This document shows, piece by piece, positions 39,221-51,962 of a stretch of DNA of 64,000 nucleotides. The number at the start of each line of letters is the position of its first letter. Within the stretch, counting starts at the first letter, position 1. This stretch comes from Octopus sinensis. Lineage: Eukaryota. The DNA lies in NCBI RefSeq assembly GCF_006345805.1, contig NC_043001.1, positions 113,088,001-113,152,000 of the forward strand, in the 5' to 3' direction. The position numbers and the translations under genes are program-made. The notes beneath the pieces are model-generated. The model saw only the letters and a list, made by a program, of their open reading frames with translations, did no database searches and was not told the DNA's origin.

Positions 39221-40607
39221 ATATGACATATTTTCTCTCCTCCTTATTCTGGTGGGGTTATGATGGTTCTTGGGTGTAGATTTTGGCCTCCTTACCATAT
39301 AATCATAAATCACATCTTACTATTGTCAGTCTACTGTACCCATGGGCAATTTTCCTAAATCTGCTTGTACCAGTTTACATTACTGGACATTTGTTGGTTG
39401 GTTGAGTGGTTAGCAATAGAAAGGACATATAGCTATGAAACAGCTGCACCAATAAGTAAGCCAGCTTATGGCCTTGGAAATTTGTACTTAGAAAGTAATA
39501 TAATAACTTTCTGTACACCATAAGCAGTAGCATTATTTTATTGTACCCCCTGGAGGTCACACTTGTTCCGTATTGACTGAAATGTATTTTAAAGCAGCAG
39601 TTATGAGATGTTTGTATCTCAGTATATCAATCTTCTCAAACTTAACGAGACAAATATAGTTAGTCAACTGGTAAACTCATCCTGGTGCCACATAAAAAGC
39701 ACTTGTGTTGGTGCCATGTTAAAAGCACTTGTGCTAGTGCTCGTACCATATAAAAAATACCCAGTATACCCTATGGAGTGAGTAGCATTAGAAAGGGCAT
39801 CCAGTCATAGAAACCATGCCAGAACTGACAAATGGAGCCTGACCTTACCAGCTCTGGTGAAACCATCTAACCCATGCCAGAATGGAAAAGGGACATTAAA
39901 TATAGATGATGGTGATAAAAATGTTTGTGTTGTCAAGTGGAAATGGCACTTAGAAATACCAACTTTGTCTTTCAACCTTCATGCTTGATAAAATAAATAC
40001 CTGTTAAGCAATCGACTATCCATCTCTGCCAAAATTTCAGGCTTTGTGCCTGTTTTAGAAAGGATTATTATTTTTACAATTCCCACCCCACGTTTTCTAC
40101 ACTTATATGCAAGCTTTCACTGCACCTCCAAATGCACCTTCATATTCTGAGGTGTGTGCAATATTCATTGTTATGGGGAGAGTGAGTTCTGTTATTTTGT
40201 TGGGTTTGCTGTATGATTGGTATGGTGTGTTTTTGTATTGGACTGTGATTGTGTAGAATATGCTGTGTGAAGGATTTTTCTTTATTTAGCTGTAGTTGTT
40301 TAGACTGCCGAGTTGTGAGTTATTGGTATTATTATGTGTGGTGATTATGGAGATGTAACATGAAGAAACATGCCATCAGAATCCCCAGCTGGCCCCTTGC
40401 AACTAAGGTCAGAAACCAGAGGTGGATTCATTTCTGGTGGTTCAAAACACTTCATATGAACAGCCATTGTCAACTATCAATGAACTATAATTGTGTGAAG
40501 TGTGAATTGTGTTGGTTGTATTCTATTCTAAAGTATGGGTTATGTAAGCTGTTATTAACTATTATTGATATTCCTAATATTTTCTGTTTCCTTTCTATTA
40601 TTTGTAG

Positions 40608-42065
40608 GAAACCTTTGATGGGGAAAGTGTGTGTCCAGCAAGTTTGCAGTTTGGTACAGAAGGAGAATTCCGACAACGTCATGAAAGCTTTACTTCAACA
40701 GACCAAGACTATGTCAGCCATGAAATACCTGTTGATGTTTGTGACAGGTTCCGAGAAGTGCTAGAGGATCGCTGTGGCAGTCCTCGTAAAGAAAGGAGCC
40801 GCAAGGATTCCCAGGGTAGTATCAACCGTGAGTTAGCCATGCTTGATAAAGAAATGAAAGAAATTCAAATGGAATGCCAAGAACTTGTCCGTGCACATAT
40901 GAGAGAGCAACAAAAAATACAGCTTCAACAGAGAGAAATGTTACGATATGAACCACAAAGGAGTCCCCGTATTGTACCCAGAATGGGAACAAGATTGGAA
41001 TACATAAAGCATACAGGTCTTACCCATGAGCAAGCAGAGAGCAGTAATAATGCTCGCAAAGAAAGCAATCAAACCCCCAAACTCATTCCCCAATCTATGA
41101 TAACTGATAAAGAGAAGGACCCAGCTACGACTAGTGCCTATAATTCAGGTGAGAGCTGTCGTAGCACACCGTTGACCCTTGAGTTGAACCAAGTGTCCGA
41201 CGACAGCGATAAAGGACTGCGTAACTCAATGTTGTGTCTTGTGCCACCTGCTGGCCGAACGTCAGGTAGCGACACAGAAAAGCAGACACAGACACCCACT
41301 AAAGCCCATGATCATTCAAGCGATGACAGTCTGAAACTTAAAAAGAATTTATCTTTTACCCAAAATTCGTCCAAAGTCAATCATAGGTCAGGTAACCTAA
41401 AAAGTTGCGAAAGCATGGGTGAGTCATTACAAGACATTTATATGCGTTACTCTGATGTCATGTACACTAACCATGCCAATTTGGAACATACTATTGCTAT
41501 TCAACAGAAACTTTTCCAACAGCAGCTGGAGCAACGCTCTCGCATAAAAGGTCATAGCAGCAGCGGGGGTCGCGGTTCCGATGGTCAGCAGGGTGAGGCT
41601 TGTGCTGGTGCACAATCATCTGATGGCTGCCAGATGGAATGGGTGGTGAAGCGTCGGCCAGATGGTACTCGTTACATAACACGGCGTCCAATTCGCAATA
41701 AGATGTTGAAAGAGCGAGCTAAAAAGATTTCAGAAGAGCGTGCAGGCATGACAACGGATGATGATGCAATGAGCGAATTGAAAGTTGGGCGTTACTGGCC
41801 AAAAGAGGAACGTAAGAAACACATTGAGAAAGCACGTGATCAGAAACGTAAGAAAGAATTGATGATGAAAGCCAAAATGGAAACCTTAAAGGAAGAAGAC
41901 AAAAAAGAGGTGAACATTCTAGAATTGAGTCATAGAAAAATGTTAAAACATAAAGGCAAAAAAGTGCTAGATGATTTTGTAACTGTACAGGAGATGTTAG
42001 CCCATGGCAGCCGAGTGGCTGAAGGCAAAACCTACAATCCTTTACTCTCAGTAACAACTGTGTGA
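40608..42065 (+). CDS. PDZRN3: PDZRN3/4-like terminal coding exon (485 aa, ends YNPLLSVTTV-stop)
   Basis: tttgtag acceptor at 40607, in frame with track ORF 40629-42065. Contains TTSAYNSGESCRSTPLTLEL, MEWVVKRRPDGTRYITRRP, TTDDDAMSELKVGRYWPKEERK and the C-terminal PDZ-binding motif LLSVTTV. Confidence 0.97.
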   Translation, partial: ETFDGESVCPASLQFGTEGEFRQRHESFTSTDQDYVSHEIPVDVCDRFREVLEDRCGSPRKERSRKDSQGSINRELAMLDKEMKEIQMECQELVRAHMREQQKIQLQQREMLRYEPQRSPRIVPRMGTRLEYIKHTGLTHEQAESSNNARKESNQTPKLIPQSMITDKEKDPATTSAYNSGESCRSTPLTLELNQVSDDSDKGLRNSMLCLVPPAGRTSGSDTEKQTQTPTKAHDHSSDDSLKLKKNLSFTQNSSKVNHRSGNLKSCESMGESLQDIYMRYSDVMYTNHANLEHTIAIQQKLFQQQLEQRSRIKGHSSSGGRGSDGQQGEACAGAQSSDGCQMEWVVKRRPDGTRYITRRPIRNKMLKERAKKISEERAGMTTDDDAMSELKVGRYWPKEERKKHIEKARDQKRKKELMMKAKMETLKEEDKKEVNILELSHRKMLKHKGKKVLDDFVTVQEMLAHGSRVAEGKTYNPLLSVTTV

Positions 42066-42119
42066 TAAAAAAAAATGACAAAACAAGTTTTATAGATATA
42101 CGTGCATACTTACACACAA

Positions 42120-42158
<39 letters not shown>

Positions 42159-42707
42159 TATATTACAAACACGCATATACAATGCATATATACTTACATA
42201 TACACTTTTTAAAAAAAGAAAATAAAACACACAAAGACAGACCAATGGAAACATAGAAACAGTTTATAGAAATTGTAATAATTAAATGAAGAAGAGAAAG
42301 AAAAATTTAAACCATAACAATCATAAATAGTGAAGTTCTTTCACTAGGAATATGGCCAATTTTGTACGGTCATTTGAATTGATGCCAGTATATTACTGGT
42401 ATAAAATAATAATAATAATAATGAAGATGTTGATCGTTTCTAACACAAATGCTAAAGTATCAATGGAACAGAGCTTCTAAAAGTAAAAATTTCAAGAAAA
42501 AAAAATCAAAATTAATATTGCCTGCACAATATTATGTACTGCATTGCCAAAACGAATGGAGCGTATTGAATGATGGACATTGGAGTAAACAAACAACATG
42601 AATGACCACAGCAACAATATATATATACATATATATATATTATATATGTGTGTGTGTATATATATATAGAGATATGTGTGTGTGTATATATATATGTATA
42701 TATATAG

Positions 42708-42739
<32 letters not shown>

Positions 42740-42904
42740 AACACGCATTTATATATACATCTGAATGTGTGCATGTGTATATGTTTGTGTGTTTATATAC
42801 ATACATATATATATGAACACATACATGTGGATAACACTTATATACATGCACTCACACATATATACATATAATATATATATATATATAAATAAAATATATA
42901 TGTG

Positions 42905-42943
<39 letters not shown>

Positions 42944-43204
42944 GACTTAGAGAGAGTAAATTTTTCACTTTTACTTGCTTGCTATTGAAATTACCAGAAA
43001 GCCTATAATATAATTAAAATGTCTCTCTTTCATTCACTCCCTCTCCCCTTTCTCTCTCTCTCTCTCCCCTGCTCTCCTGTTATTTTTATTTATTTTTTTA
43101 TATATTTTGTTCTGTCATGAGGTCTGTGGTATTATTATTTTTCCTGTTATGTTCACAGAAAATTTGCAAGCTTGTGCAAGGTGGGGGAGGGGTTAAAGGG
43201 ACGA

Positions 43205-43730
43205 GTGTGTTACATACATACATATATATATATATATATGTATGTATATATATATCTATATAGATATATATATGTGTATATATATCTGTCCATAGATATA
43301 TGTATATATGTGTGTGTATATATATATATACATATATATGTATATGTGTCTATATATATATTTATGTGTGTCTATATATGTGTGTATATATTTATGTGTA
43401 CATATATATGTGTACATGTGTGTGTATATATATGTGTATACATATGCATATATATGTGTGTACATATGTATATATATATATGTATATGTATATATGCATG
43501 CATATGTATATATGTATATATATATATGTACATATATATGTATATATATACATATATATGTATATGTATATATGTATATATATACATGTGTATACGTATA
43601 TATGTATATATATACATGTGTATATGTATATATGTATATATATACATGGGTATATATATGTATATGTATGTGTACGTATATATATATATATACACACACA
43701 CATATATAATATATATATGTATATACATAT
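43205..43730. repeat. Degenerate (TA/TG)n tract in the presumed 3' UTR
   Basis: Direct inspection. Source of the overlapping Y/I/V/M/C ORFs. Confidence 0.9.
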
Positions 43731-44290
43731 ATTATTGATAATGTGTTCGGAAAAATTCATCTCAATCAAACAACTTGTATTCAACATGTAATAAAAATAC
43801 ATGCATATACAGACAAACACACACACACATACAAACTGCTGCTTAAGGAGATAATTTATATGAAAATTTTTATTATATATAAAACAAAATTTAAAAAAAT
43901 TTCTAATTGAAATTTTGAGAAAAAAATATTTAAAATTAAAATACATGTCTTATAAAATAAAATAATATTAATAATTATAATACTGAAAAAAGGAGAAAAA
44001 TAATGATGAGCTTGGATGGTTTCATACACACAATCACGCACACATACACACACATACACATATATATATATGTACGTGTTTGTGGATGTATGTATAAAGT
44101 TATTCAAGGTTAACTCAAAAAAAAAAAAAGAAGAAAAGAAAAAGAAAGATCTAATGAACCCGAGCAAATTTTTTCCCTCCCCGCAATAAAAATTAAAACA
44201 AAACAAACAAAAAAAAAATGAAAACTCTTAACGCCATTAACATTCTTGCTGATGTATAGAATTGCTAATATTTTTGAACCACCAAAAATC

Positions 44291-44342
44291 TGTATAAAAA
44301 GATAAATAAATAAATAAATAAATTCAACTGAGTTGTGTGTGT
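44291..44342 (+). promoter_or_regulatory. Candidate distal polyadenylation site of the PDZRN gene
   Basis: TGTA followed by stacked AATAAA hexamers (44305-44322) and a GT-rich tract. A proximal AATAAA lies at 42221. No transcript evidence. Confidence 0.35.
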
Positions 44343-44509
44343 AAATCTTTGCAAACGGTCGACTCCCGTTTCTGTCTTTGTTCTTATCTTTTACTCATTT
44401 CAGTCGTTTGACTTTGGCGGTGTTGAAGTTGTGTAGGGTGACACTGTATTGCCTTGAAGAATTTTAGTTGAACGAATCAACCCCAGTATTTTTCTTTATA
44501 GGTCGACTT

Positions 44510-44951
44510 TTTTCTCGGTGGTTGCAGGACGTCCAGGCCTTGGGTCATTTTTAAGACTCTTCCCTGCCCTACTAAATTCAGCTGTCCACTTTTGCACTTG
44601 ATAAAACTGGGGCATCTTACCTTGATGTAGCAACTATGTCAAGCATGTATGTCTTTGGAGTTCTGGGGCATCTTACCTTGATGTAGCAACTATGTCAGCA
44701 TGAATGTCTTTGGAGTTAAAACCTTTTTTCTGTAGGTGCTTGATAACACCAAGATACCAAATTTTGTCCATTTTCAAGAGAAGTTGATACTAGTTACTTT
44801 TGAAGTCTTCTTTGAACAGACAAATGTCACTTTACCTGGAAAGAAACAAATCAGTTATTAATCAAACGAGTTGAAATTAATGCATGCAAGATTCCACAGC
44901 TCTAGTATAAATCCTTCATAATCTGCGTAAGAGCTTTTCAGCGCACCCTCG
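44510..44951 (-). mobile_element. mariner transposon remnant (TIR plus transposase N-terminus)
   Basis: TA|CGAGGGTGCGCTGAAAAGC end. The - strand encodes GVIKHLQKKG..PKDIHADIVAT..DAP..VQKWTAEFSRAGKSLKNDPRPGRP with stops and frameshifts. 56-bp tandem duplication at 44607 and 44663. Confidence 0.8.
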
Positions 44952-44976
44952 TATATATATATGTGTGTGTAATGTA

Positions 44977-45158
44977 TATTTCTTTACTACCCACAAAGAG
45001 CTAAACACAGAGGGGACAAACAAGGGCAGACAAACGGATTAAGTCGATTATATCGACCCCAGTGCGTAACTGGTACTTAATTTATCGACCCCGAAAGGAT
45101 GAAAGGCAAAGTCGACCTCAGCGGAATTTGAACTCAGAACGTAATGGCAGACGAAATA
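44977..45158 (-). mobile_element. Headless SINE family B unit with its own 16-bp TSD
   Basis: TSD atgtgtgtgtaatgta at 44961-44976 and 45159-45174. Begins at tatttcgtctgcc in element orientation. Confidence 0.85.
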
Positions 45159-46299
45159 ATGTGTGTGTAATGTAACTTTGCCTTTCTCTTGGACAACATC
45201 GGTGATATGGAGGGAGGACACTGGTATGCATGAATAGATGCTGGTCCTCCACAAACAACGCTTGCGGTTCTGTTAACTTCTCATGGTCTGCATCGTTGAA
45301 GGTCTCGTTATCCGCATGCAAAAACAATTCTAAACGCTGCCTGCTTCCATTTCTTCAAATCCCACGCCGTGTGTCATATATACAAGGCTATCTCTGATTG
45401 AAACTCTGCACTGATGTTTCTCATTAATCACTTCCTTGCCCCTTAGGATATCGTAGCAAAATTGTATTAGATGGAATGAATACAACTTCAAATTAATAGA
45501 GACTTAAAAAGATGGCCAGCAGCGCAGCATAAGACCAGAATTATTCCAAACTTCCCTTCTCACCATAACGTTTAAAAACCAAATAGTAATATTCAATGGA
45601 CCGTTGGATAAAAAGAAAATCCCAGTGTAATTTGGTTTGTTGTTTTAACTTGTCAAATAAACTGAAAACGTTAAATTTCGAGTGACATTGAGCCCACATA
45701 CGTCTAAATACTTTAAAAAAATCTGTCCATATGTTCTGGATTTTACTATGTGAACGTGTTAGCTTAGAAGAGTTAACACTCAATTTTAAGTGGCAATTTT
45801 TGTCAGATTCATTCATTATCGTTTTTAAAGATAACAATACAAGTCTCAGTAATTCTGCAAAGGCACTTATTTTCTCATCCTTCTACTCTTTTTATTATCT
45901 TTAGATCGGTATCTAATGATATTGATTTTCGCCTACGTGAACTGATGGGATAGCAAAAGTATTTTAAGTAATTACGAAACTGCTACACAACTGGCTTGGT
46001 GTAAAACGAGCAAACCTCATGGAATTCAAAATCAAACCAAGTCTGACTAAAATGGCTTTTATGTGAATTATTGTAGCAATGAGATGGTTCCTTATAAAAT
46101 GGTTCAAATATAGGCTAAAAATTTTAGAGATAGCTATGCACCGACAACGTTATTCTGTGGCACTGGCTGTTAACTTGCGACAATATCAAGTTAATGAGGC
46201 TTCATGTAAATGGGTAATAAAAAACAAGGCTATTATGTCTGTCTCTCTGTCTCTGCTCTCTGTCGCTGCCTGTCTATATCATCGGATGTTCTTATACAC

Positions 46300-46821
46300 C
46301 GCTGGTCACAATGCCCTTCAATTCTTCCCTGATTGTGTCCTTTCCCATCTTGACACAAATTGCTTAATTAAATTATCTAATTATCTATCCATCGTCGTGG
46401 AGGCCTTCCAAAAAGCCTTTTCTGATCTCTTGGATACTGCTCGGTATCTTCATAGATCCAAAAGGTTGCCTCTGAACCTTGCAAAATGTACCACCCAGCG
46501 GAACTTGTGCTTTCGGTACTCTGCAATCATGCCGTTTACTCCGCTCCGTCCTAGAGTCACCTCATTTCAGATAAACTGTCGCAATGATATCCCTACCATG
46601 GAACTTTCCATGGTCCTTCGCGTCGTAGCTAATCCCCAACGCTTTTCGTAAAAGTTCACGTTTCACTTGCATATAAGAATGCAAGCAGGACGATACCATT
46701 GAAGAGATTGGTATGTAGGATCTTGTCCGGCTTCGCTTGTATCGAAGAAAACGTCTTCCATCCTGCCTTTGTGCTCCTCAAGATTTCAGCGTCCATGTTT
46801 TGGCGCATATTCACTAATTTA
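46300..46821 (-). mobile_element. RTE-clade LINE 3' remnant
   Basis: - strand peptides AGWKTF..LFNGIVLLAFLYASET, KFRWVVHFAR and YPRDQKR..GRPPRRWID, typical of the RTE RT C-terminus. The mariner MITE sits at its 5' edge. Confidence 0.75.
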
Positions 46822-46823
46822 TA

Positions 46824-47039
46824 CGAAGAGGTGCTGAAAAGTTCCCAGCTTTGGGTAAAAGAAAATACAGGAGGATCAGTTATTATTATTTTTTTTTCAT
46901 TTAACATATTCCCCTCTCAGAGTCGCACACTTATTGCAGCGATCCTTTAGTTTTTCTGAGCCCTGTAAAAGAACTCGGAAGTTTGAGCCTCTAACCTTTC
47001 GCGATACTCTTAAAGCCAGGAACTTTTCAGCACCCCTTC

Positions 47040-47040
<1 letters not shown>
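46824..47040. mobile_element. mariner-type MITE
   Basis: TA|CGAAGAGGTGCTGAAAAGTTCCCAGCTTT ... AAAGCCAGGAACTTTTCAGCACCCCTTCG, 29-bp TIRs. Confidence 0.85.
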
Positions 47041-47076
<36 letters not shown>

Positions 47077-47558
47077 AAAAAGGGACAGGCAAACAGGTTG
47101 CTTGACCGCATACCGAAAAAATAGAAATAGCAGTCAAGAATGCTTATTTCTATCAAAGTTGGACTCCGGGCATGACAAACCCTGCAATTCACATATGCTA
47201 AACAGAAGGAATAGATAACGAATACGAAGTCTGGCGGTTTATGTATATATAAAATACAAAATGGGACAAGAACGCAAAACATCCAAATAGACGATACAAA
47301 AAAACACGGACGGGTCATTCGAAGCCTTTAATCTTCAGTCAAGAACCATATCATCCTCGCAATTTCGGCTGATTAATCTTGAGATTGCCCCAATCTGGCC
47401 AGCCCCAAGGAAAAACTACGCTATACATACACACGCACCGTTTAGTCATAAATAACAGCAAACATTTACTATAGAAAGGAGTCAAACGTTATTTACGCGT
47501 ATGCACACATCTATATATACAAATACATAGTCAAGCGTGCACGTTCACACACACACAC

Positions 47559-47618
<60 letters not shown>

Positions 47619-47951
47619 TTTGACTATGACCTTTTTTGAAGTTCCACCTTTACGAGACTTACTTATTCAGTCTGAATATAACTTCGGGTGGTGAAATTTG
47701 AAACCTAGTGGAGACCTGACAAATTTCAACCGTTTACATTAGCAGCTTTATCCGTTCAAGCGATAAAGTGAGTAAATTTGTTCTGGTTCGTTTGAAGCAT
47801 TGAGAAATTTAGGCCATGGATGTCAAACTCGTTTGGCTTTGCGGGCCAGATTGAAAATATAAACTAGATCTCGCGAGCATGATAGGAGCAAAGTATTCTT
47901 AAAATCCACATTAATAAGATAGGCTAAGGTAATTGGATAAAGTGACCAATA

Positions 47952-48115
47952 GGCGCAGGAGTGGCTGTGTGGTAAGTAGTTTGCTTACCAACCACACTGT
48001 TCCCGGTTCAGTCCCACTGCGTGGCACCTTGGGAAAGTGTCTTCTACTATAGCCTCGGGCCGACCAAAGCCTTGTGAGTGGTTTTGGTAGACGGAAGCTG
48101 AAAGAAGCATGTCGT

Positions 48116-48167
<52 letters not shown>

Positions 48168-48384
48168 GTGTGTGGTGTGTGTGTGTGTTTGTGTTTGTAC
48201 CGCCAACATCGCTTGACAACCGATGCTGGCATGTTTACGTCCCCGTTACTTAGCGGTTCGGCAAAAGAGACCGATAGAATGAGTACTAGGCTTACAAAGA
48301 ATAAGTCCTGGGGTCGATTTGCTCGACTAAAAAGGCGGTGTTCCAGCATGGCCGCAGTCAAATGACTGAAACAGATAAAAGAGT
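47952..48384 (+). mobile_element. SINE family A, full length
   Basis: Colinear with family A. A more decayed inverted copy follows at ~48670-48990(-). Confidence 0.9.
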
Positions 48385-49520
48385 AATATATATTATAACA
48401 ACAGGCGGCGAGCTGGCAGAATCGTTAGCACGTCGGGCGAAATTCTTAGCGATATTTCTCCCGTCTGTACGTTCTGGGTTCAAATTCAGCCGCGGTCGAC
48501 TTTATCTTTTCGGAGTCGATTAAATAGGTACTAGTTGAATACTGGGGGATCGATGTAATCGATAATAACCGCTACCCCGAAATTTCTGGCATGGTAGCAA
48601 AATTTAAAACCAATATATATTAAAACAATTTCATTAACAGAAAAGAAGGTAAGATTGTAAAGGGTTATCCTTTATCTTTTACTTGCTTCAGTCGTTGAAC
48701 TGCGCCTATGCTGGAGCACCGCCTTGAAAGTTTTAGTCGGACAAGTCAATCCAAATATCTATTCTATCGGTATCCTTTACCGAATTGCTATGTTAGGGAG
48801 AGCGTAAAGGAACTAACAGCGGTTGTAGGGGCAAAAACAAAACAAATACAAACGCGCAAACCTACATATACAACGGACTTCTTTCAGTTTTTGGAGTTTC
48901 GAAGTTATAGTGAAAGATACTTGTCCAAGATACCTCGCAGTGGAACTTTAACCTGAAGCAAACTTCTTACCAGAAAGCCACGCTTACGCCTGTCTTAGCA
49001 AAGTGTGTGTGAAGAAACGTTTGGGAAAGATGTATCCACGTGCAATGTACTCTCTTATTAATTACGAGTCTTTAGAGCGTGAACCGAGAGGAAAATTGTT
49101 CGAATGAATGCATACAGGTTCTTGAAGCGGCTGTTGATGTTGCTATTGTTGTTGTTACTTTTGTTGCTGTTGCTACAGCTGCTGCTTCTACTGTTGTTGG
49201 TATTACTTCTGTTGTGATGTTGTATAAGGAGAATTGTTGACTGCGAACGAAAAATTCACATTAGAAATTACTTTCTGCCGTCCTTTCTCGCTGTCCGACC
49301 GGAAAAGAGGAAAGTGTTGAAACCATATTGGAAGTTCTGTTAAAACTTTTCCTATGTAACAAAATGGTAGACCAGTCCCCTGTGGTTTTGGTCGGCTTAA
49401 GCAGTTAAAACAATGAAATTCACAAATGCAACCTTCTGCAAAGGAAAACAAGGCACAAACTTACAGAGACTTGAAAATACGTTCAGCTATGACGGTGAAC
49501 AACAACAACAACAGCAAGAG

Positions 49521-49900
49521 GGGAGGCCCAATGGCCCAGCGGACTCGCGGTCGTAAGAACGCAGTTTCGATTCCCAGACGGGGCATTGTGAGTGTTTATT
49601 GAGCAAAAACACCTAAGTTCCACGAGGCTCCGCGGGGGAGGGTGGTGAACCCCGCTGTACTCTTTCACCACAATTTTCTCTCACTCTTTCTTCCTACTTC
49701 TGCCACAAAGCAGAGGAACCATAGTGTAACCCACTATGGTGTGGTAAACTTTCAGACCCTAGTCTAGATTGCGAATCCTCTGTACCCCTGGGTGGTTCAG
49801 CTCTCCACCCGTTAAAAGCCATCGTTTACGGAATGAGGATAACAACGTAGCTTTCGCGCCCGTGCAACCGCCAGTCTATCGCGTGTGGATCTTCAAGTTG
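49521..49900 (+). mobile_element. SINE family C head with a third, different downstream sequence
   Basis: Head 49521-49690 is colinear with 22524 and 38149, with a small deletion in the A-box region. 3' boundary uncertain. Confidence 0.65.
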
Positions 49901-50489
49901 CCACACGCATTCTTAGTACCTTAGAGTAAGCTCGAATTAGAGATTATTCTTTGTGGCTGATTGCGTCAGTCCTGATTGGAAGAAGAAGAACAACAACAAC
50001 AGCAAGAATAGTAATTGTTTCTGCTTTGGGAGCAAGGCCAGCAAACTGAGGGAAAAGTTTAGTCGATATAATCAATTCCTGCACTTGACTGATGCTATAT
50101 TTTATCGACACCGAAAAGATAAAAGGCAAAGTTGACCCAGGTATGATTTAGACTCGTAACGTAAAGAACCGGCGAAACCTTGCTAAGCATTTTGTTCGGT
50201 ATTCTACAAGAAGTACAAGGCCTGAAGTTTGGGGAGGTCGATTACATGTACCCCAGAGCTCAACTGTTACTGTTATCGACCCCGGAAATTATGAAAGACA
50301 AAGTCGGCCTCGACGGAATTTGAACTCAGAACATGAAGCAGGAAGAATTGCAGCTAAGCAGTTCGTCTAACATGTTAACAATTCTGCTACCTCGACGACC
50401 AGATATTTTGGTCCTGTATAAGAAAGATAAAAAATGTAACACGACTGACAACAATCCACAAAGGCAGGAGTATAAAAAGTAAAAAGGAA

Positions 50490-51962
50490 GATAAAGTGAC
50501 CAACTACAGCGGACTGTGGAAAGAACTGTAAAAGATTTGAAACTCAACGGGAATGTAACACCAATTGTAGCTGACACTTTCGGAATTAATACGATCAATT
50601 CTTTGGCCTTAGCAATAACCACATATAGCTTCGATATCATTAAGTGGAGTCTCACTAGCATGCAGAATATGGATAGAAAGATCCGTAAAATCTTTACAAG
50701 GTACCGAATGTACCATCCAAAATCAGATGTAGACAGGATTTATCTCCCAAGAAAAATAGGTAGAAGAGGTCTGATACAGCTCAAGCAATCTTTCAAATCA
50801 GTAATAATAGGCCGTGAAATGTACGTTTATACAAGTGATGTGCTCTTACGAACTGCACTGAAGCATGGAGATTCCAAGCAAGTGTCAGTCATGAAGCTTA
50901 GTCAAAAATTTAAAAAGTCTTTTGGCCTACAAGTTAACAATAAGAATGATCAAAGACACCCAAATATTGACAGACCTACCATTGCTTCTCCTGATTTAGA
51001 AATTAGCTATCAGAAAGACCAAAGATATCCAAATAGTGATAAACCTATTATTGATGCAAAAATCATCAAACAAAAAGCAAAGAAGGCTTGCATGAATAAT
51101 ATCGAAGACAACTGGAAAGGTAAACTCCTGCATTGAAAATACTCAAACCGCCTGTCCAAGCCAGATATTGATCAAAATCTAACTCACTAACGGCTACAAG
51201 GGACAGGTCTGAAAGGTGAGACAGAATGTTTTGTAATTGCAGCGCAAGATCAGAGCTTACTTACCAGAAACTACCGAGCAAACGTCCTTAAAGATGGATC
51301 TAACCCCTCGTGCAGAATTTACGGAAGTTCACAGAGGCAATTGATCATGTTGTTTCTGGCTGCCCAGTCCTCGCTGAAAAGGGCAGTACATCCACTGGAA
51401 TGCTTATAGATACTACAAAATTGAATCCCATGGTAAGTGGTACAGGCACCACCCAAAGGACGTAGTAAATGGCAAGGGCATCACCATCCTTTGGAACTTA
51501 CCAATACAGACAGAAAAATTGACTCCAACCGACCAGACATTGTGATCAAGAACTACGACAGAGGAACTTTTTTGTTAATAGATATGTCTGTCCCGCAAGA
51601 TCAAAATATCTCAAGAAAGGAATACGAAAAGCTTTCTCGCTATAAAGATCTGCTAACTGAAATCACAAAAATGTGGAAGCTTAGTACTACGATAATACCA
51701 GTAGTAATTGGTGCGTTGGAAATGATAGAGAAAGGAGGTGAGAAGTATATTAAGCAACTGCTTGGTAACTCTAATCTCAGTAGTGAATTTACCTTGATGG
51801 GTACAGTCCGTATACTAAGGAAAGCACTCTCCATTTAAAATAGAATAAATGTGGTGATAATTTTAGCATGCGTTGCAAAACAAAAGTGCCCTTGCTACTC
51901 TTGGCCCCCAGAGGATACCCGGTACTAAGGCTGTTGAAGTAAAGTTATAATGAAATGAAACC
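50490..51962 (+). mobile_element. Dong/R4-clade non-LTR retrotransposon, 5'-truncated and disrupted (RT thumb, zinc knuckle, restriction-like endonuclease)
   Basis: HPKSDVDRIYLPRKIGRRGL, GLKGETECFVIAAQDQSL, CRI...IDHVVSGC, RPDIVI...LLIDMSVP...KY.DL. In-frame stops and frameshifts. The 3' end abuts (TAA)n at 51963-52040, the known Dong target. Confidence 0.9.

Noticed and set aside
46079-46651. 190-aa + strand ORF
   Set aside because: Mostly the antisense of the RTE remnant, with no independent homology.
47355-47412. - strand GGCTG...CAGCC-GAAA hairpin resembling hammerhead helix II
   Set aside because: CUGANGA is absent (reads CCTTGG). At best a decayed relic.
49203-49451. - strand ORF with a strong acceptor (ttttcctttgcag)
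   Set aside because: No recognisable protein, no partner exons found, and surrounded by repeats.
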